From Candidatus Uhrbacteria bacterium (GTDB taxonomy: Bacteria; Patescibacteriota; Patescibacteriia; UBA9934): DNA of 64,000 nt. The DNA lies in assembly GCA_943354605.1 (NCBI GenBank), contig CALRCK010000002.1:135186-199185 (forward strand), written 5' to 3'. Positions 28,592-38,683 of this stretch are shown piece by piece; positions within the stretch are counted from its first letter, which is position 1, and the number at the start of each line of letters is the position of its first letter. A program made the position numbers and the translations under genes. The notes under the pieces are model-generated. The model searched no databases, was not told where the DNA came from, and saw only the letters and a program-made list of their open reading frames with translations.

Positions 28592-28700
28592 TTTGCGACG
28601 AGTTTCGATGCGCGGCGAGCGAAGCTTCCGAGACGTACTTCTCGGTACGTTGAGGAAGTTCGCGATGGCGCAAGTCGAAAATCGGCCAAACAGGAAAGCC
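28592..28700. repeat. structured about 110-nt dispersed repeat, copy A (between rpsG and fusA)
   Basis: Shares ...AGTTTCGATG...GAGACGTAC-loop-GGTACGTTGAG...AAGTCGAAAATCGGCCAAA with five other loci. Outer stem gcgaagcttcc/ggaagttcgc. Confidence 0.8.
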
Positions 28701-28702
28701 GT

Positions 28703-29170
28703 CTATCGGGCCAAGTGAGCGAACGCACGGTTAGCCTCAGCCATACGCTGCACATCGAGTTTCTTCTTCACTGCATCGCCTTCGTTCTTGCTTGCTGCAA
28801 TCAATTCTTCCGCAAGCTTCTCGCACATTGGGCGACCCTTCTTTCCGCGAGCCGCCACGAGAATCCAGCGATACGCCAACGCATACCGACGATCGCCACG
28901 CACTGGCATTGGCACCTGGTAGTTTGCACCACCAACGCGCTTCGATTTTACCTCAACTGCTGGAGTGACGTTCTTGATTGCGGTGTCGAAGACTTCCAAT
29001 GGATCTGCCTTTGTTTCTTCCGCAATAATGTCGAATGCATCGTACACAATGCCGCGAGCGATGCTCTTCTTTCCACTTTCCATGACGTAATTGACTAACT
29101 TGGCAACCAAAACGCTCCCGTATTTTGCATCAGGAGCGAGATTGCGCTTTGGAGCGGCTTTACCACGCAT
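28703..29170 (-). CDS. rpsG: 30S ribosomal protein S7
   Basis: Starts [18 protein letters not shown]. Confidence 0.9.
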   Translation of the reverse strand: MRGKAAPKRNLAPDAKYGSVLVAKLVNYVMESGKKSIARGIVYDAFDIIAEETKADPLEVFDTAIKNVTPAVEVKSKRVGGANYQVPMPVRGDRRYALAYRWILVAARGKKGRPMCEKLAEELIAASKNEGDAVKKKLDVQRMAEANRAFAHLAR

Positions 29171-29261
29171 ATTATATTTCTTTTGGCGACACCGTTTTGC
29201 TTCCCACGTGGATGTGGTACTCGGCATCTTTGATTAAATTGGACCGAACTGAAGTGACGAG

Positions 29262-29378
29262 GCTTTTGCATTTGAGCCTAGTTTCGATGCAGGACGAGCA
29301 AAGGTCGCGAGGCGTACTTCATGTGTACGTTGAGCGACTTTGCGATGTCCTAAGTCGAAAATAGGCCAAATGCAAAAG
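29262..29378. repeat. structured about 110-nt dispersed repeat, copy C (between rpsL and rpsG)
   Basis: Same family. Inner hairpin GCGTAC-TTCATGT-GTACGT. Outer stem caaaggtcgc/gcgactttg differs from copy A but stays complementary. Confidence 0.75.
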
Positions 29379-29384
29379 TCTCAA

Positions 29385-29822
29385 TTATTTCTTTTTTACG
29401 GCGCCTTTCTTTGGGCGCTTGGTTCCGTACACCGAACGGCTGCGGTTGCGACCTTCAACGCCGGAAGCGTCGTACCGACCGCGGACGATGTGGTAGCGAA
29501 CACCTGGCAAGTCCTTCACACGTCCGCCACGGATCATGACGATAGAGTGCTCCTGAAGGTTGTGACCTTCACCTGGAATATATGCGGTGACTTCCGTACC
29601 GTTCGAAAGACGGACACGAGCCACTTTACGCAAAGCCGAGTTTGGCTTTTTTGGAGTCATGGTAGTGACCTTCACACAAACGCCACGCTTGAATGGTGCG
29701 CCCTTGCGAAGGATGGTTTTCTTGCGGTGCAAGGAATCCAACGTGTACTGCATCGCAGGCGAAGCACTCTTGTTCTTCGCTTTTGTGCGACCCTTTCGGA
29801 GAAGTTGATTGATTGTTGGCAT
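29385..29822 (-). CDS. rpsL: 30S ribosomal protein S12
   Basis: Starts [12 protein letters not shown] and contains KKPNSALRK, with a C-terminal basic tail. Confidence 0.95.
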   Translation of the reverse strand: MPTINQLLRKGRTKAKNKSASPAMQYTLDSLHRKKTILRKGAPFKRGVCVKVTTMTPKKPNSALRKVARVRLSNGTEVTAYIPGEGHNLQEHSIVMIRGGRVKDLPGVRYHIVRGRYDASGVEGRNRSRSVYGTKRPKKGAVKKK

Positions 29823-29979
29823 AGTTCAGCGCCTTCTCACATCGAGAACGCCCTATTTAAAAGTGACAAAAGCCTACCACAAGCCAAAAAATGGGTCAAC
29901 GAAATCGCCTGGACAACGCCGGGAATCTTTGACAAAACCCCCTTCCGCCCACAGAATCCTCAGCACACAGGAGTTTCTC

Positions 29980-30411
29980 ATGCCCGATCATAACCCCGTT
30001 CACGTCGCCGTCGAAACCATGATGGCGGCCCAAAAGCTCTCCCAGAGCGCTGTCGCACAAAAAACCGGCATCCATCGGAACTTCATCATCGATATCCTCA
30101 GGGGGAAGGTTCCGAGGGTACGCGATGGCGCGAAGTTCGCCGACGAGGACCCGCGCTATGCCAAGCTCGCAGCCGGCCTCGGCCTGGATGTCGCGCCATT
30201 CGTGGCAATGGCCAAACGCGAACAACAACGCCGTGCCCGGGCGACGCCAGAAAGCGAAGAATCTCGGGAAACGGGAGTGAAGCGAACACGGACGGGCGGG
30301 ATCTCGGTGCATATCTCCGGTTCAACACTCGAGTTGACAAACGTCGTCCTCGCCTTCGATATCCCCGAGGGCCGGGTGACGATCAGCATCCAGCCTCATC
30401 CGAAGCCATGA
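29980..30411 (+). CDS. putative HTH (XRE-like) DNA-binding protein
   Basis: HTH-like segment LSQSAVAQKTGIHRNFIIDILRGK. GC-rich. Start trimmed to MPDHNPVH. Confidence 0.4.
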   Translation: MPDHNPVHVAVETMMAAQKLSQSAVAQKTGIHRNFIIDILRGKVPRVRDGAKFADEDPRYAKLAAGLGLDVAPFVAMAKREQQRRARATPESEESRETGVKRTRTGGISVHISGSTLELTNVVLAFDIPEGRVTISIQPHPKP

Positions 30412-30468
30412 CCCCACGCAGCCGCCAACCGATCGCTCACAGAGAGCCGTCGCAAGGCGGCTTTTCTG

Positions 30469-30506
30469 TTTCAACCCTTAGGGTTGGTCAACGCTAAGGG
30501 TTGGCC
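30469..30506. repeat. REP-like paired palindrome, copy 4
   Basis: ttcaacccttagggttggtcaacgctaagggttggcc. Between the HTH gene and the M50 protease gene. Confidence 0.8.
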
Positions 30507-30509
30507 GAC

Positions 30510-31190
30510 CTACCCTCCAAAATACATCCCCAATAATCCCCCGCAAGAGGATCCGATCAGGTGGTCGCAGCCGAGGAAGGATGCGATTTGGATGAAATAG
30601 AATGGATCATATGGCGTCATGAGGGCGATCATGACGAGAACGAGCATGATGCGGGAACCATTGATTTGTAACCAGCGCGCGATCCATTCGTAGCCAGTTC
30701 GATAGGTGATGACGTCCACGAGCTTCGATCCGTCGAGGGGATGCACCGGAATCAGGTTGAACACCAAAAGTAAAAGATTCACCAATACGGACAACACAAG
30801 GAACGCGCCAAGCATCGTATCCATGCGAACAATCTCAGTTTCAAGGAAAATTCGGAACAGCATCGCAGCAATCGTAGCCATGATAAGGTTCGCGATTGGA
30901 CCAGCAAGCGCGATCAACAATCCATCCTTCAGGGGCGACTTCAAATTTCGCGGATCAAACGGCACTGGTTTTGCCCAACCGAATCCGATGGTGACGAGCA
31001 TCAGAAACCCAAGTGGGTCGATATGCGACAACGGGTTGAGCGAAAGTCTGCCGAATTTTTCCGCCGTATCGTCACCCCGCCACTTCCCCACAATGGCATG
31101 CGCAAACTCGTGCACCGTTAACGCAATAATCAGCGCCGTCAACCAGACGAACGCGAGCATTGGAGTAGTGAAAAAAAGTTGTAACAACAT
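30510..31190 (-). CDS. peptidase M50 family membrane zinc metalloprotease
   Basis: HEFAHA (HExxH) inside a transmembrane helix, LNPLSHIDPLG, NLIPVHPLDG. Start may be at the internal ATG near 31160. Confidence 0.65.
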   Translation of the reverse strand: MLLQLFFTTPMLAFVWLTALIIALTVHEFAHAIVGKWRGDDTAEKFGRLSLNPLSHIDPLGFLMLVTIGFGWAKPVPFDPRNLKSPLKDGLLIALAGPIANLIMATIAAMLFRIFLETEIVRMDTMLGAFLVLSVLVNLLLLVFNLIPVHPLDGSKLVDVITYRTGYEWIARWLQINGSRIMLVLVMIALMTPYDPFYFIQIASFLGCDHLIGSSCGGLLGMYFGG

Positions 31191-31235
31191 ATATTTGTAG
31201 AGACGACCCGGCGAGTCGTCTCAAAATCACATCAA

Positions 31236-32531
31236 TCACGACGCAGTCACATTCGCACCGACCGCCTTCAGCTTCCCGTAAAGATCTTCATATCCACGCT
31301 CGAGATGTTCAAATCCGCTGAGCGTCGATTCGCCGTCGGCGACCAATGCGGCAATCACGCACGCCAATCCGGCGCGAATATCGAGGAGCTCCGTGGTGAC
31401 TCCGTGGAGCGGCGTCGGACCTTTAATAATCGCGGAGTGCTTGTGGTTGTGATCCTTAAAGCGACACGCAACCTCGCCAAGACACGTATCGAACAACGTG
31501 ATATCTGCGCCCATCTCTTTCAACACATCGGTATACCCGAATCGCTCCTCGTACACGGTTTCGTGAATCACCGATGTTCCTTCGGCCTGCGTCATCGCCA
31601 CAAGGAACGGTTGCTGCCAATCAGTCATAAAGCCCGGATGGGTATCGGTTTCAATCTGAATTCCTTTGTACTTCGCAGCTCCTTTGAAAAGAATTCCGTT
31701 CTCGCGAACTTCGTAGTCGCCGCCAATGAGACGAACCGCATTCAAAAACGTCACCATGTCGCGATGCACGGCACCTTCGCAAAAAATCTCACCACGTGTC
31801 GCCAGCGCCATACTCGCAAAGCTCGCAGCCTCCATTCTGTCTGCAACCACAGTGTGCTCGCAGCCATGAAGCTTCTCTACGCCAATAATTTCGATGTGAC
31901 GACCAGCGCCAAGCTCGATGATGGCGCCCATCTTTTGGAGCATCATAATGAGCTCAATAATCTCTGGTTCGATCGCGGCATTCTTAATGACGGTTCGGCC
32001 CTTTGCGAGCACGCCAGCAAACAGTGCGGTCTCCGTGGAACCGACCGACGGATACGGTAAATCGATCACCGCACCTTTCAATCCATTCGGCGCTTTGGCG
32101 TGATAGCCCTCAGCATCAATTTCGATGATGGCGCCCATGGCCTCAAGCGTATCGATATGAAAATTCACCGGACGTGGACCGATCTTGTCTCCCCCAAGTG
32201 AGGGCACAAATGCCTCGCCAGTGCGATGAAGCAAGGGGGCAAGCGCCAAAATCGACAGACGATTCTTCCGCGACAACGACATCGCCGACGACGACGCGAT
32301 CGTTGCAACACGAATCTTCAGCGTGTGATCAACGAGATCGGTTGTCGCACCGAGCGTCGTCACCAACTCACGCGCGATCTCCGACTCCTTCTGCAGTGGA
32401 ATATTGTGTAACATCACCTCCCCATCCGTTAACACACTCGCAATAATCATTTTTGATGCCGCATTTTTTGCCCCCGCAATCTTCACCGATCCTTTCAAAG
32501 GCTTCCCACCAACAATTTTCATCATGTTCAT
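31236..32531 (-). CDS. murA: UDP-N-acetylglucosamine 1-carboxyvinyltransferase
   Basis: Contains KIVGGKPLKGSVKIAGAKNAA. Full-length EPT fold. Confidence 0.9.
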   Translation of the reverse strand: MNMMKIVGGKPLKGSVKIAGAKNAASKMIIASVLTDGEVMLHNIPLQKESEIARELVTTLGATTDLVDHTLKIRVATIASSSAMSLSRKNRLSILALAPLLHRTGEAFVPSLGGDKIGPRPVNFHIDTLEAMGAIIEIDAEGYHAKAPNGLKGAVIDLPYPSVGSTETALFAGVLAKGRTVIKNAAIEPEIIELIMMLQKMGAIIELGAGRHIEIIGVEKLHGCEHTVVADRMEAASFASMALATRGEIFCEGAVHRDMVTFLNAVRLIGGDYEVRENGILFKGAAKYKGIQIETDTHPGFMTDWQQPFLVAMTQAEGTSVIHETVYEERFGYTDVLKEMGADITLFDTCLGEVACRFKDHNHKHSAIIKGPTPLHGVTTELLDIRAGLACVIAALVADGESTLSGFEHLERGYEDLYGKLKAVGANVTAS

Positions 32532-32615
32532 AGATGAAAGAAGTGTAAAGCGAAAAGTAAAAAGTTGAAAGTCAAACACAAAACCGCTCCTGCACGGAGC
32601 GGTTTTGATGTGGAA

Positions 32616-33083
32616 CTAGACTCCTTCACCAAAGTGGAAACGATCGGTAAGCTTTTCGTACGTGAAGAGCTCCTCATCCTTGAAGAAGCGCTTAATTTCG
32701 ACAGCAGACGCCTCAAGAGAATCCGATGCGTGCACCATGTTACTTGGCATGTTCATGGAGAGGTCTGCGCGGATGGTTCCGGCGTCGGCCTTCCGTGGGT
32801 TTGTTGCGCCAACAACCTTGCGAACCTCCTCAATAATCTCGATGCCTTCGTACACGATTGCGACCACCGGGGTTGAACGCATGTACTGTACCAATGACGG
32901 GAAGAATGGCTTATCCTTGATGTGGTTGTAGTGCTCAGTGAGCGTCACTTCGTCCAAGTGCGCCATCTTCATGGCCACCATTTTCAAGCCCTTTCGCTCA
33001 AAACGGGAAAGAATTTCGCCAACAAGCTCGCGTTGCAATGCATCTGGCTTAATGAGCACCAGCGTTCGCTGAATATCTGCCAT
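32616..33083 (-). CDS. ndk: nucleoside diphosphate kinase
   Basis: Contains RTLVLIKPDALQRELVGEILSRFERKGLKMVAMK and the active-site NMVHASDS. Confidence 0.9.
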   Translation of the reverse strand: MADIQRTLVLIKPDALQRELVGEILSRFERKGLKMVAMKMAHLDEVTLTEHYNHIKDKPFFPSLVQYMRSTPVVAIVYEGIEIIEEVRKVVGATNPRKADAGTIRADLSMNMPSNMVHASDSLEASAVEIKRFFKDEELFTYEKLTDRFHFGEGV

Positions 33084-33188
33084 AGAATTTGGGCTAAGAT
33101 TTGCGGAGAGTGTACGGGAAAGTTCAAAAACAGGCAAGAACGAACAGAAGACCCGCCGCGCGTAGCGACAGGTCTCCCGGGCGTCGTG

Positions 33189-33836
33189 TCATGAACCGAC
33201 AACGGTGAGCGGAACAACGTGATACCTGGCCACGAAGGCGCGAAGGGCCGCGAGAGCAGGCCGGCCCACAGCGCTCACATGCTTCGTCTCTGCCGCGATC
33301 TCCCTGCACGACTGAACGAATTCAGAGAACGAGCTCTCGCGAATGCTCGAGTTGGGGATGGACGCGATCGCTGCGGCAGCGAAATCGAACCGACCGATGC
33401 GAAGGAAGTAATTCTTCCACAGCACCGCAACCTCCGCACGCTGTTCGTGGCCACCAAGTTGGTACCGCGGGTTAGCCATGAGCATGCCCATCGCGGAGAG
33501 ATGACTCTCAACCTCGGCGCGCTCTTCGGCAGAGGCTGCGCCAAGAAATCCGACGATTGCTGCACGAGTATGGAACACCATTGCCGCAGTCTTCCGTACA
33601 TCCGCTCCCCCATCACGACTTCCGTCACGCTCCAGCCGTGCGAGACGGTCGATGAAGATATCGAGAATCTGCAGATTGGAGGCCAGCCCTGGCATCTCGA
33701 AATCCTGGAGGAAGTTCGACATCCGAACGAACTCCTGAACTTCTGCCGGCGTCAGTTGCAAACGCCGCATATGCCAGTGCACACGCGCCAACCAGAGAAC
33801 AGAACACAGCAGCATCAGACCAGCGAAGAATGTCAT
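33189..33836 (-). CDS. hypothetical protein (GC-rich, N-terminal transmembrane segment)
   Basis: Coherent ORF of about 215 aa with GC near 60 percent. No recognisable motifs. Confidence 0.4.
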   Translation of the reverse strand: MTFFAGLMLLCSVLWLARVHWHMRRLQLTPAEVQEFVRMSNFLQDFEMPGLASNLQILDIFIDRLARLERDGSRDGGADVRKTAAMVFHTRAAIVGFLGAASAEERAEVESHLSAMGMLMANPRYQLGGHEQRAEVAVLWKNYFLRIGRFDFAAAAIASIPNSSIRESSFSEFVQSCREIAAETKHVSAVGRPALAALRAFVARYHVVPLTVVGS

Positions 33837-33902
33837 TGGGAACCCCCAGAAGTGATGGTATTGCCTTGAGCAACGTATCAAAAATCTTAAAAACTGTAAA
33901 AA

Positions 33903-36257
33903 TTACTGGTGTATCTCAACAACAGAATCCGTCACGGCAACACAAATATCGCCCATCTGATCCGTGCGGAAGATCTTTGCCCCGACCGATTCCAATCGAC
34001 CGATCGTAAACGGACTTGGATGGCCGTAATGGTTATCGGCTCCCACCGAAATAATCGCGTATTCCGGCTTCAGCATTTCCAGAAAATCGAGACTCGACGA
34101 CGTGTCGCTGCCGTGGTGGCCAACCTTGAGGACGTCGACGTGACCGATGTCGCCGAGTTGTGCCTCGACCTCGGCTTCTGCATCGCCAGTAAAGAGCATT
34201 TTCTTTTCGCCAACGGTGAGAAGCGCGACAACAGATCGAGCATGGACGTTCTCAGCGGTGAGGTCGGTGGTGGCGTCGGGAGGCCAGAGCATGCTCAACG
34301 TCGAGTCCGAACCGAGCAACCAAGATTGCTTCGCTGCGCTCGCAATGACGGAATTCGATTCCGATTTCGCAGAATCGAACGCCTCGGCCGAAGCCGCGGA
34401 GTACGCCATGCCGTTGTCCACGATCTCATTAACGGAATGTGTTGCGATGAGATCAATGAGTCCGTTGATGTGATCGGCGTGCGGATGCGTGGCAATAATC
34501 GCATCGAGGTGCCGCTCCCATGGAAATCGCACCGTCGAAAGTTTCTCCACCATACCAAAACGCGTTGGCCCGCCGTCGATGACGATGTCGCGATCCGCGC
34601 CGTCCAAATAGATGCCGTCGCCTTGTCCAACGTCAAACACCCACACATGAACACCGTTCGTGTTCCATCGTTCGCCGTGAATTCCGATGATGCCGATGTT
34701 TACGATGAATAACAGGATGAAGGCACCAACCATGAATCGAATATGTTCCCAATGCCAGGAATCGAGGCTGCGTTCGAATGCTGGATGAAGCTTGCGAATC
34801 ATCGATGCGGCGGTGGCTAGTCCGATCATTGAAACAATCACTGCGATCGATGGCGGAATCGGCACAGAGGCAAATGGGATTCGGGCAAAAGCTCCGATAA
34901 TGCCAGTCATCGAAACCAAAGCAGTCCATGCGGGAAGCGCGACCCAGACTCCGATCTGCGGAATGATCGACGAGACCAGAATCGATCCCGCACCAAATGC
35001 CATAGCAAACGGAATAAACGGCAGCACGAGCATGTTCACGAATGGCGCGACAACGGAGAGCGAGCCGAATGAAACAAGTGTAATCGGAAGAGTTGAGATC
35101 GTTGCAGCAAGCGTTGACGCGAGTGACTCACGAACGCCGAACGATGATGGAATCCTTTTCAAGAACGGAGCAATCCGATCGGTGAGCACAATCAAGCCGA
35201 TTGTCGCAGCAACCGAAAGCTGAAACCCAACATCATCTCGCAACAATCGTGGTTCGACGAGAAGCATGACGGCAACGGTGAGCGCGATGATATTTCGCGG
35301 CGACGTGTGGCGGCCAATATGTCGTGATGTCAGCGCAAGAACACCCATCACTCCAGCACGAATTACCGCAGCACCGGCGCCGGCGATGATGACGAATCCG
35401 CCGATCATCAACACGATGATTGGAAACGCTTGTCGTCGATACAATCCCAGCGTCACGAGAAGAATCAACGCGAGGTCGGCAACAACGGCCACGTTGTATC
35501 CGCTTGCCGCAACAATGTGACTCGTCCCCGTCTCACGAAACGCCGTCTTCCACGTTTCCGAAAACGAATTCTCCCCCATCAATAAACCGAGGAGAAGCGT
35601 TGCCTGTGGCTCCGGAAGCATTGATCGAACGCGTTGGTCGATTAACTCGTGAATCGCACCGATCGTCATGTAAAATTCGTCGCCAATCGACGGCCCAGCT
35701 GGCGCAAACGTAAATGGTGCGCTTGATACTCGACAAATCGCGTAAATCGATTTCGCCGCAAGGAACCGATCGTATGCAAAGCCATCGAACGGCTGCGGCT
35801 CCTCCAAAACACATGACGCGCGGATTCTTTCACCGATCTTCCCCACCGACGATATCGGTGCGTCGATAAGAATGCGATCGGATCTTGCCGGATTCGATGG
35901 CGCCTCAATCGATAGCAGATCGACCGTATACGTCACGCCGTCATCTTTCAGATCGGCGCCGATGATACGGCCCTCAACCACAACAATCTTCCCCACCTCG
36001 TTCGCAATCGAATTCGTCCCAGGCCCAACGCTCCAATATCGTCCAACACCGATGAGGATCCCAGTCGCGAACATGCCAACCAAAAGCGCCCGATCCCTTT
36101 GCGGAATCGAACGCGTCAACCAAAACACTATTCCAAGGAATCCAATCGCGGCGATCACGATCGGCGCAATTGGCAACCAGGACGCGAAAGCAATTCCCAC
36201 GCCAATCCCAACACAAACAAGAAACAGGATCAAACTTAGCGACGATCCGATCTTCAT
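33903..36257 (-). CDS. comEC: DNA internalization-related competence protein ComEC/Rec2
   Basis: Polytopic membrane domain plus a C-terminal metallo-beta-lactamase domain (ATHPHADHINGL, VGHHGSD). Confidence 0.85.
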   Translation of the reverse strand: MKIGSSLSLILFLVCVGIGVGIAFASWLPIAPIVIAAIGFLGIVFWLTRSIPQRDRALLVGMFATGILIGVGRYWSVGPGTNSIANEVGKIVVVEGRIIGADLKDDGVTYTVDLLSIEAPSNPARSDRILIDAPISSVGKIGERIRASCVLEEPQPFDGFAYDRFLAAKSIYAICRVSSAPFTFAPAGPSIGDEFYMTIGAIHELIDQRVRSMLPEPQATLLLGLLMGENSFSETWKTAFRETGTSHIVAASGYNVAVVADLALILLVTLGLYRRQAFPIIVLMIGGFVIIAGAGAAVIRAGVMGVLALTSRHIGRHTSPRNIIALTVAVMLLVEPRLLRDDVGFQLSVAATIGLIVLTDRIAPFLKRIPSSFGVRESLASTLAATISTLPITLVSFGSLSVVAPFVNMLVLPFIPFAMAFGAGSILVSSIIPQIGVWVALPAWTALVSMTGIIGAFARIPFASVPIPPSIAVIVSMIGLATAASMIRKLHPAFERSLDSWHWEHIRFMVGAFILLFIVNIGIIGIHGERWNTNGVHVWVFDVGQGDGIYLDGADRDIVIDGGPTRFGMVEKLSTVRFPWERHLDAIIATHPHADHINGLIDLIATHSVNEIVDNGMAYSAASAEAFDSAKSESNSVIASAAKQSWLLGSDSTLSMLWPPDATTDLTAENVHARSVVALLTVGEKKMLFTGDAEAEVEAQLGDIGHVDVLKVGHHGSDTSSSLDFLEMLKPEYAIISVGADNHYGHPSPFTIGRLESVGAKIFRTDQMGDICVAVTDSVVEIHQ

Positions 36258-36261
36258 AAGA

Positions 36262-36307
36262 CTAACTTAGTTTGTCGCGAACTAAGTTAGTCACAAACTT
36301 AGTTCGT
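36262..36307. repeat. tandem 13-bp palindrome array (3 units) between the leuS stop and the comEC start
   Basis: ctaacttagtttg-tcg-cgaactaagttag-tca-caaacttagttcg. Overlaps the leuS stop codon. Confidence 0.75.
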
Positions 36308-38623
36308 TGATGCTACAACAAAATTCACCAACTTCCCCTTCACCACAATCGTCTTTTTCGGTTCGTCGATGACGTACTTCGCCACATTCTCGTCAGCACG
36401 CGCCATCCTCACAATCGTCTCTTCAGCTTCATCAGCCGCAATCACGATCGTCCCACGCAACTTTCCGTTCACCTGCACCGCGATTTCAATAGTGTCGTCC
36501 TTCAGCATCAACGGATCAGCGACCGGCCATTCCTGTTCTTCCACGAATCCTGTTCCGCCAAGCTGCTCCCACATTTCGTTTGCGACGTGTGGCGCGAATG
36601 GAACAAGTACACGCAAGAACGTTTTCAACGATTCCTTGGTAATCGCACCCTTTTCCTGCACCACATTCACAAACATCATAAGTTGCGCAACGGCGGTATT
36701 GAATCCAAATCCCTCAATGTCACCCGAAACTTTCGCGATCGTCTTGTGCAACATCTTCGTCACCTCAGCGTCTTCAGCGTCGGCAACCTTCTCGCTCATG
36801 CGAATCGCCTTGTCCAAGAATCGTCGCACGCCGATCACACCATTTGTATTCCATGGTACAGGCTCCTCAAACGGGCCCATAAACATTTCATACACCCGAA
36901 GCGTGTCAGCACCGTGCTCGTTCACAATTTCGTCAGGATTCACCACATTCCCCTTCGATTTCGACATCTTCGTTCCGTCCTCGGCCATAATGAGGCCATG
37001 GCTATGACGACGTGCATATGGCTCACTTGTTGGAACGTACCCGCGATCGAACAAAAACTTATTCCAGAAACGTGAATACAATAAATGGAGAGTGGTGTGC
37101 TCCATGCCGCCGTTGTAGATATCGATCGGCATCCACTGCTTTAATGCCTCTTTTGACGCGAATTCCTTGTCGTTGTGCGGATCGGTGTATCGGAGGAAAT
37201 ACCAACTCGATCCCGCCCAGTTTGGCATCGTGTCCGTTTCGCGTTTCGCTGGCCCGCCACACTGAGGACATTTCGTGTTCACGAAGCTCTCAATATTCGC
37301 CAGTGGCGATTCACCATTCTCCGTTGGCTGATAATTCTCAACAGTTGGTAAAATAACTGGAAGCTCTTCCGTTGGCACCGCAACCCAACCGTCCTTCTCG
37401 CAGTGCACCAACGGAATCGGCTCCCCCCAATAGCGCTGTCGGGAGAAGACCCAATCGCGAAGTTTATATTGCACTTTCTTTCGACCACCGGCCTTCTCAA
37501 CGGCCTCATCAAACGAAACGAGAGGTCGATCAACGCTTGGCAAGTTCATCACCTCAGCAAATGCACGATCGCGCTCATCGTGTTGCGGCACTGCCATAAC
37601 CGCGCCAGTTCCGTAGTGACCGAGGACATAATCCGCAATCCACAATGGAACCTTCTCGTTGTTCACTGGATTGATGACGAACGCGCCGGTGAATACTCCT
37701 GTCTTCTCTTTCGTTTCGTCGCCACGCTCAATATCGGTTTTCGATTTCACCGATGCGATGTATGCGTCAACCGCACTTCGCTGTTCCGTTGAAACAATCG
37801 ACGCAACCAGCGGATGTTCCGGCGCAAGCACAACGTATGTCACACCAAAAATCGTATCGGGGCGCGTTGTAAAAACAGTAATAATTCCCGACGGAGATTC
37901 TTCGCTTTGCTCAGAATGACTAATCCGGAAATCAATCTCCGCGCCTTCGCTGCGCCCAATCCATTCTTCCTGCTGTTTCTTGATTTTCGGTAAATAGTTC
38001 ACGCTGTCGAGATCGGAGAGCAAGCGGTCTGCGTATTTGGTAATCGCGATCATCCACTGCGACTTCATCTTCTTTTCCACCGTCGTTCCACAGCGCTCGC
38101 ACTTTCCCGCAATCACTTCCTCGTTCGCGAGTCCGCACAAATCTTTTGGACACCAATTGATCGCCATTTCCGCTTTGTATGCGAGTCCGGCCTTAAAGAA
38201 TTCCAAAAACATCCACTGCGTCCATTTGTAGTACGCAGGATCTGTCGTGTTCACCTCGCGGCTCCAGTCAAAACTAAAGCCCATGGACTGGAGTTGGCGA
38301 CGAAACGTATCAATGTTTGTCTGCGTAAAGGTTCCGGGATGATTTCCGGTTTTGATCGCGTAGTTTTCTGCTGGCAAACCGAATGCATCCCAACCCATTG
38401 GGAACAACACGTTCTTGCCCTCCATACGGCGCTTTCGCGCAAGAATGTCCATCGCGGTGTAGCTTCGTGGGTGACCAACGTGAAGCCCGGCACCCGATGG
38501 ATACGGGAATTCCACGAGCAAATAGCACTTTTCCTTCGGCGAATCATTCTTTGCTTCAAAAACACCCTCGTCTATCCACCGCTTCTGCCACTTTCCATCG
38601 ATACTCTTGTGGTCGTACGACAT
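36299..38623 (-). CDS. leuS: leucyl-tRNA synthetase
   Basis: HVGHPRSY (HIGH) and KMSKSKGN (KMSKS) motifs. Confidence 0.95.
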   Translation of the reverse strand: MSYDHKSIDGKWQKRWIDEGVFEAKNDSPKEKCYLLVEFPYPSGAGLHVGHPRSYTAMDILARKRRMEGKNVLFPMGWDAFGLPAENYAIKTGNHPGTFTQTNIDTFRRQLQSMGFSFDWSREVNTTDPAYYKWTQWMFLEFFKAGLAYKAEMAINWCPKDLCGLANEEVIAGKCERCGTTVEKKMKSQWMIAITKYADRLLSDLDSVNYLPKIKKQQEEWIGRSEGAEIDFRISHSEQSEESPSGIITVFTTRPDTIFGVTYVVLAPEHPLVASIVSTEQRSAVDAYIASVKSKTDIERGDETKEKTGVFTGAFVINPVNNEKVPLWIADYVLGHYGTGAVMAVPQHDERDRAFAEVMNLPSVDRPLVSFDEAVEKAGGRKKVQYKLRDWVFSRQRYWGEPIPLVHCEKDGWVAVPTEELPVILPTVENYQPTENGESPLANIESFVNTKCPQCGGPAKRETDTMPNWAGSSWYFLRYTDPHNDKEFASKEALKQWMPIDIYNGGMEHTTLHLLYSRFWNKFLFDRGYVPTSEPYARRHSHGLIMAEDGTKMSKSKGNVVNPDEIVNEHGADTLRVYEMFMGPFEEPVPWNTNGVIGVRRFLDKAIRMSEKVADAEDAEVTKMLHKTIAKVSGDIEGFGFNTAVAQLMMFVNVVQEKGAITKESLKTFLRVLVPFAPHVANEMWEQLGGTGFVEEQEWPVADPLMLKDDTIEIAVQVNGKLRGTIVIAADEAEETIVRMARADENVAKYVIDEPKKTIVVKGKLVNFVVASTN

Positions 38624-38683
38624 ATGCCGCACATCGTATCGAATTGTAAGCAATGTGGGAAGAAACATGTACAATGCAGGAAT

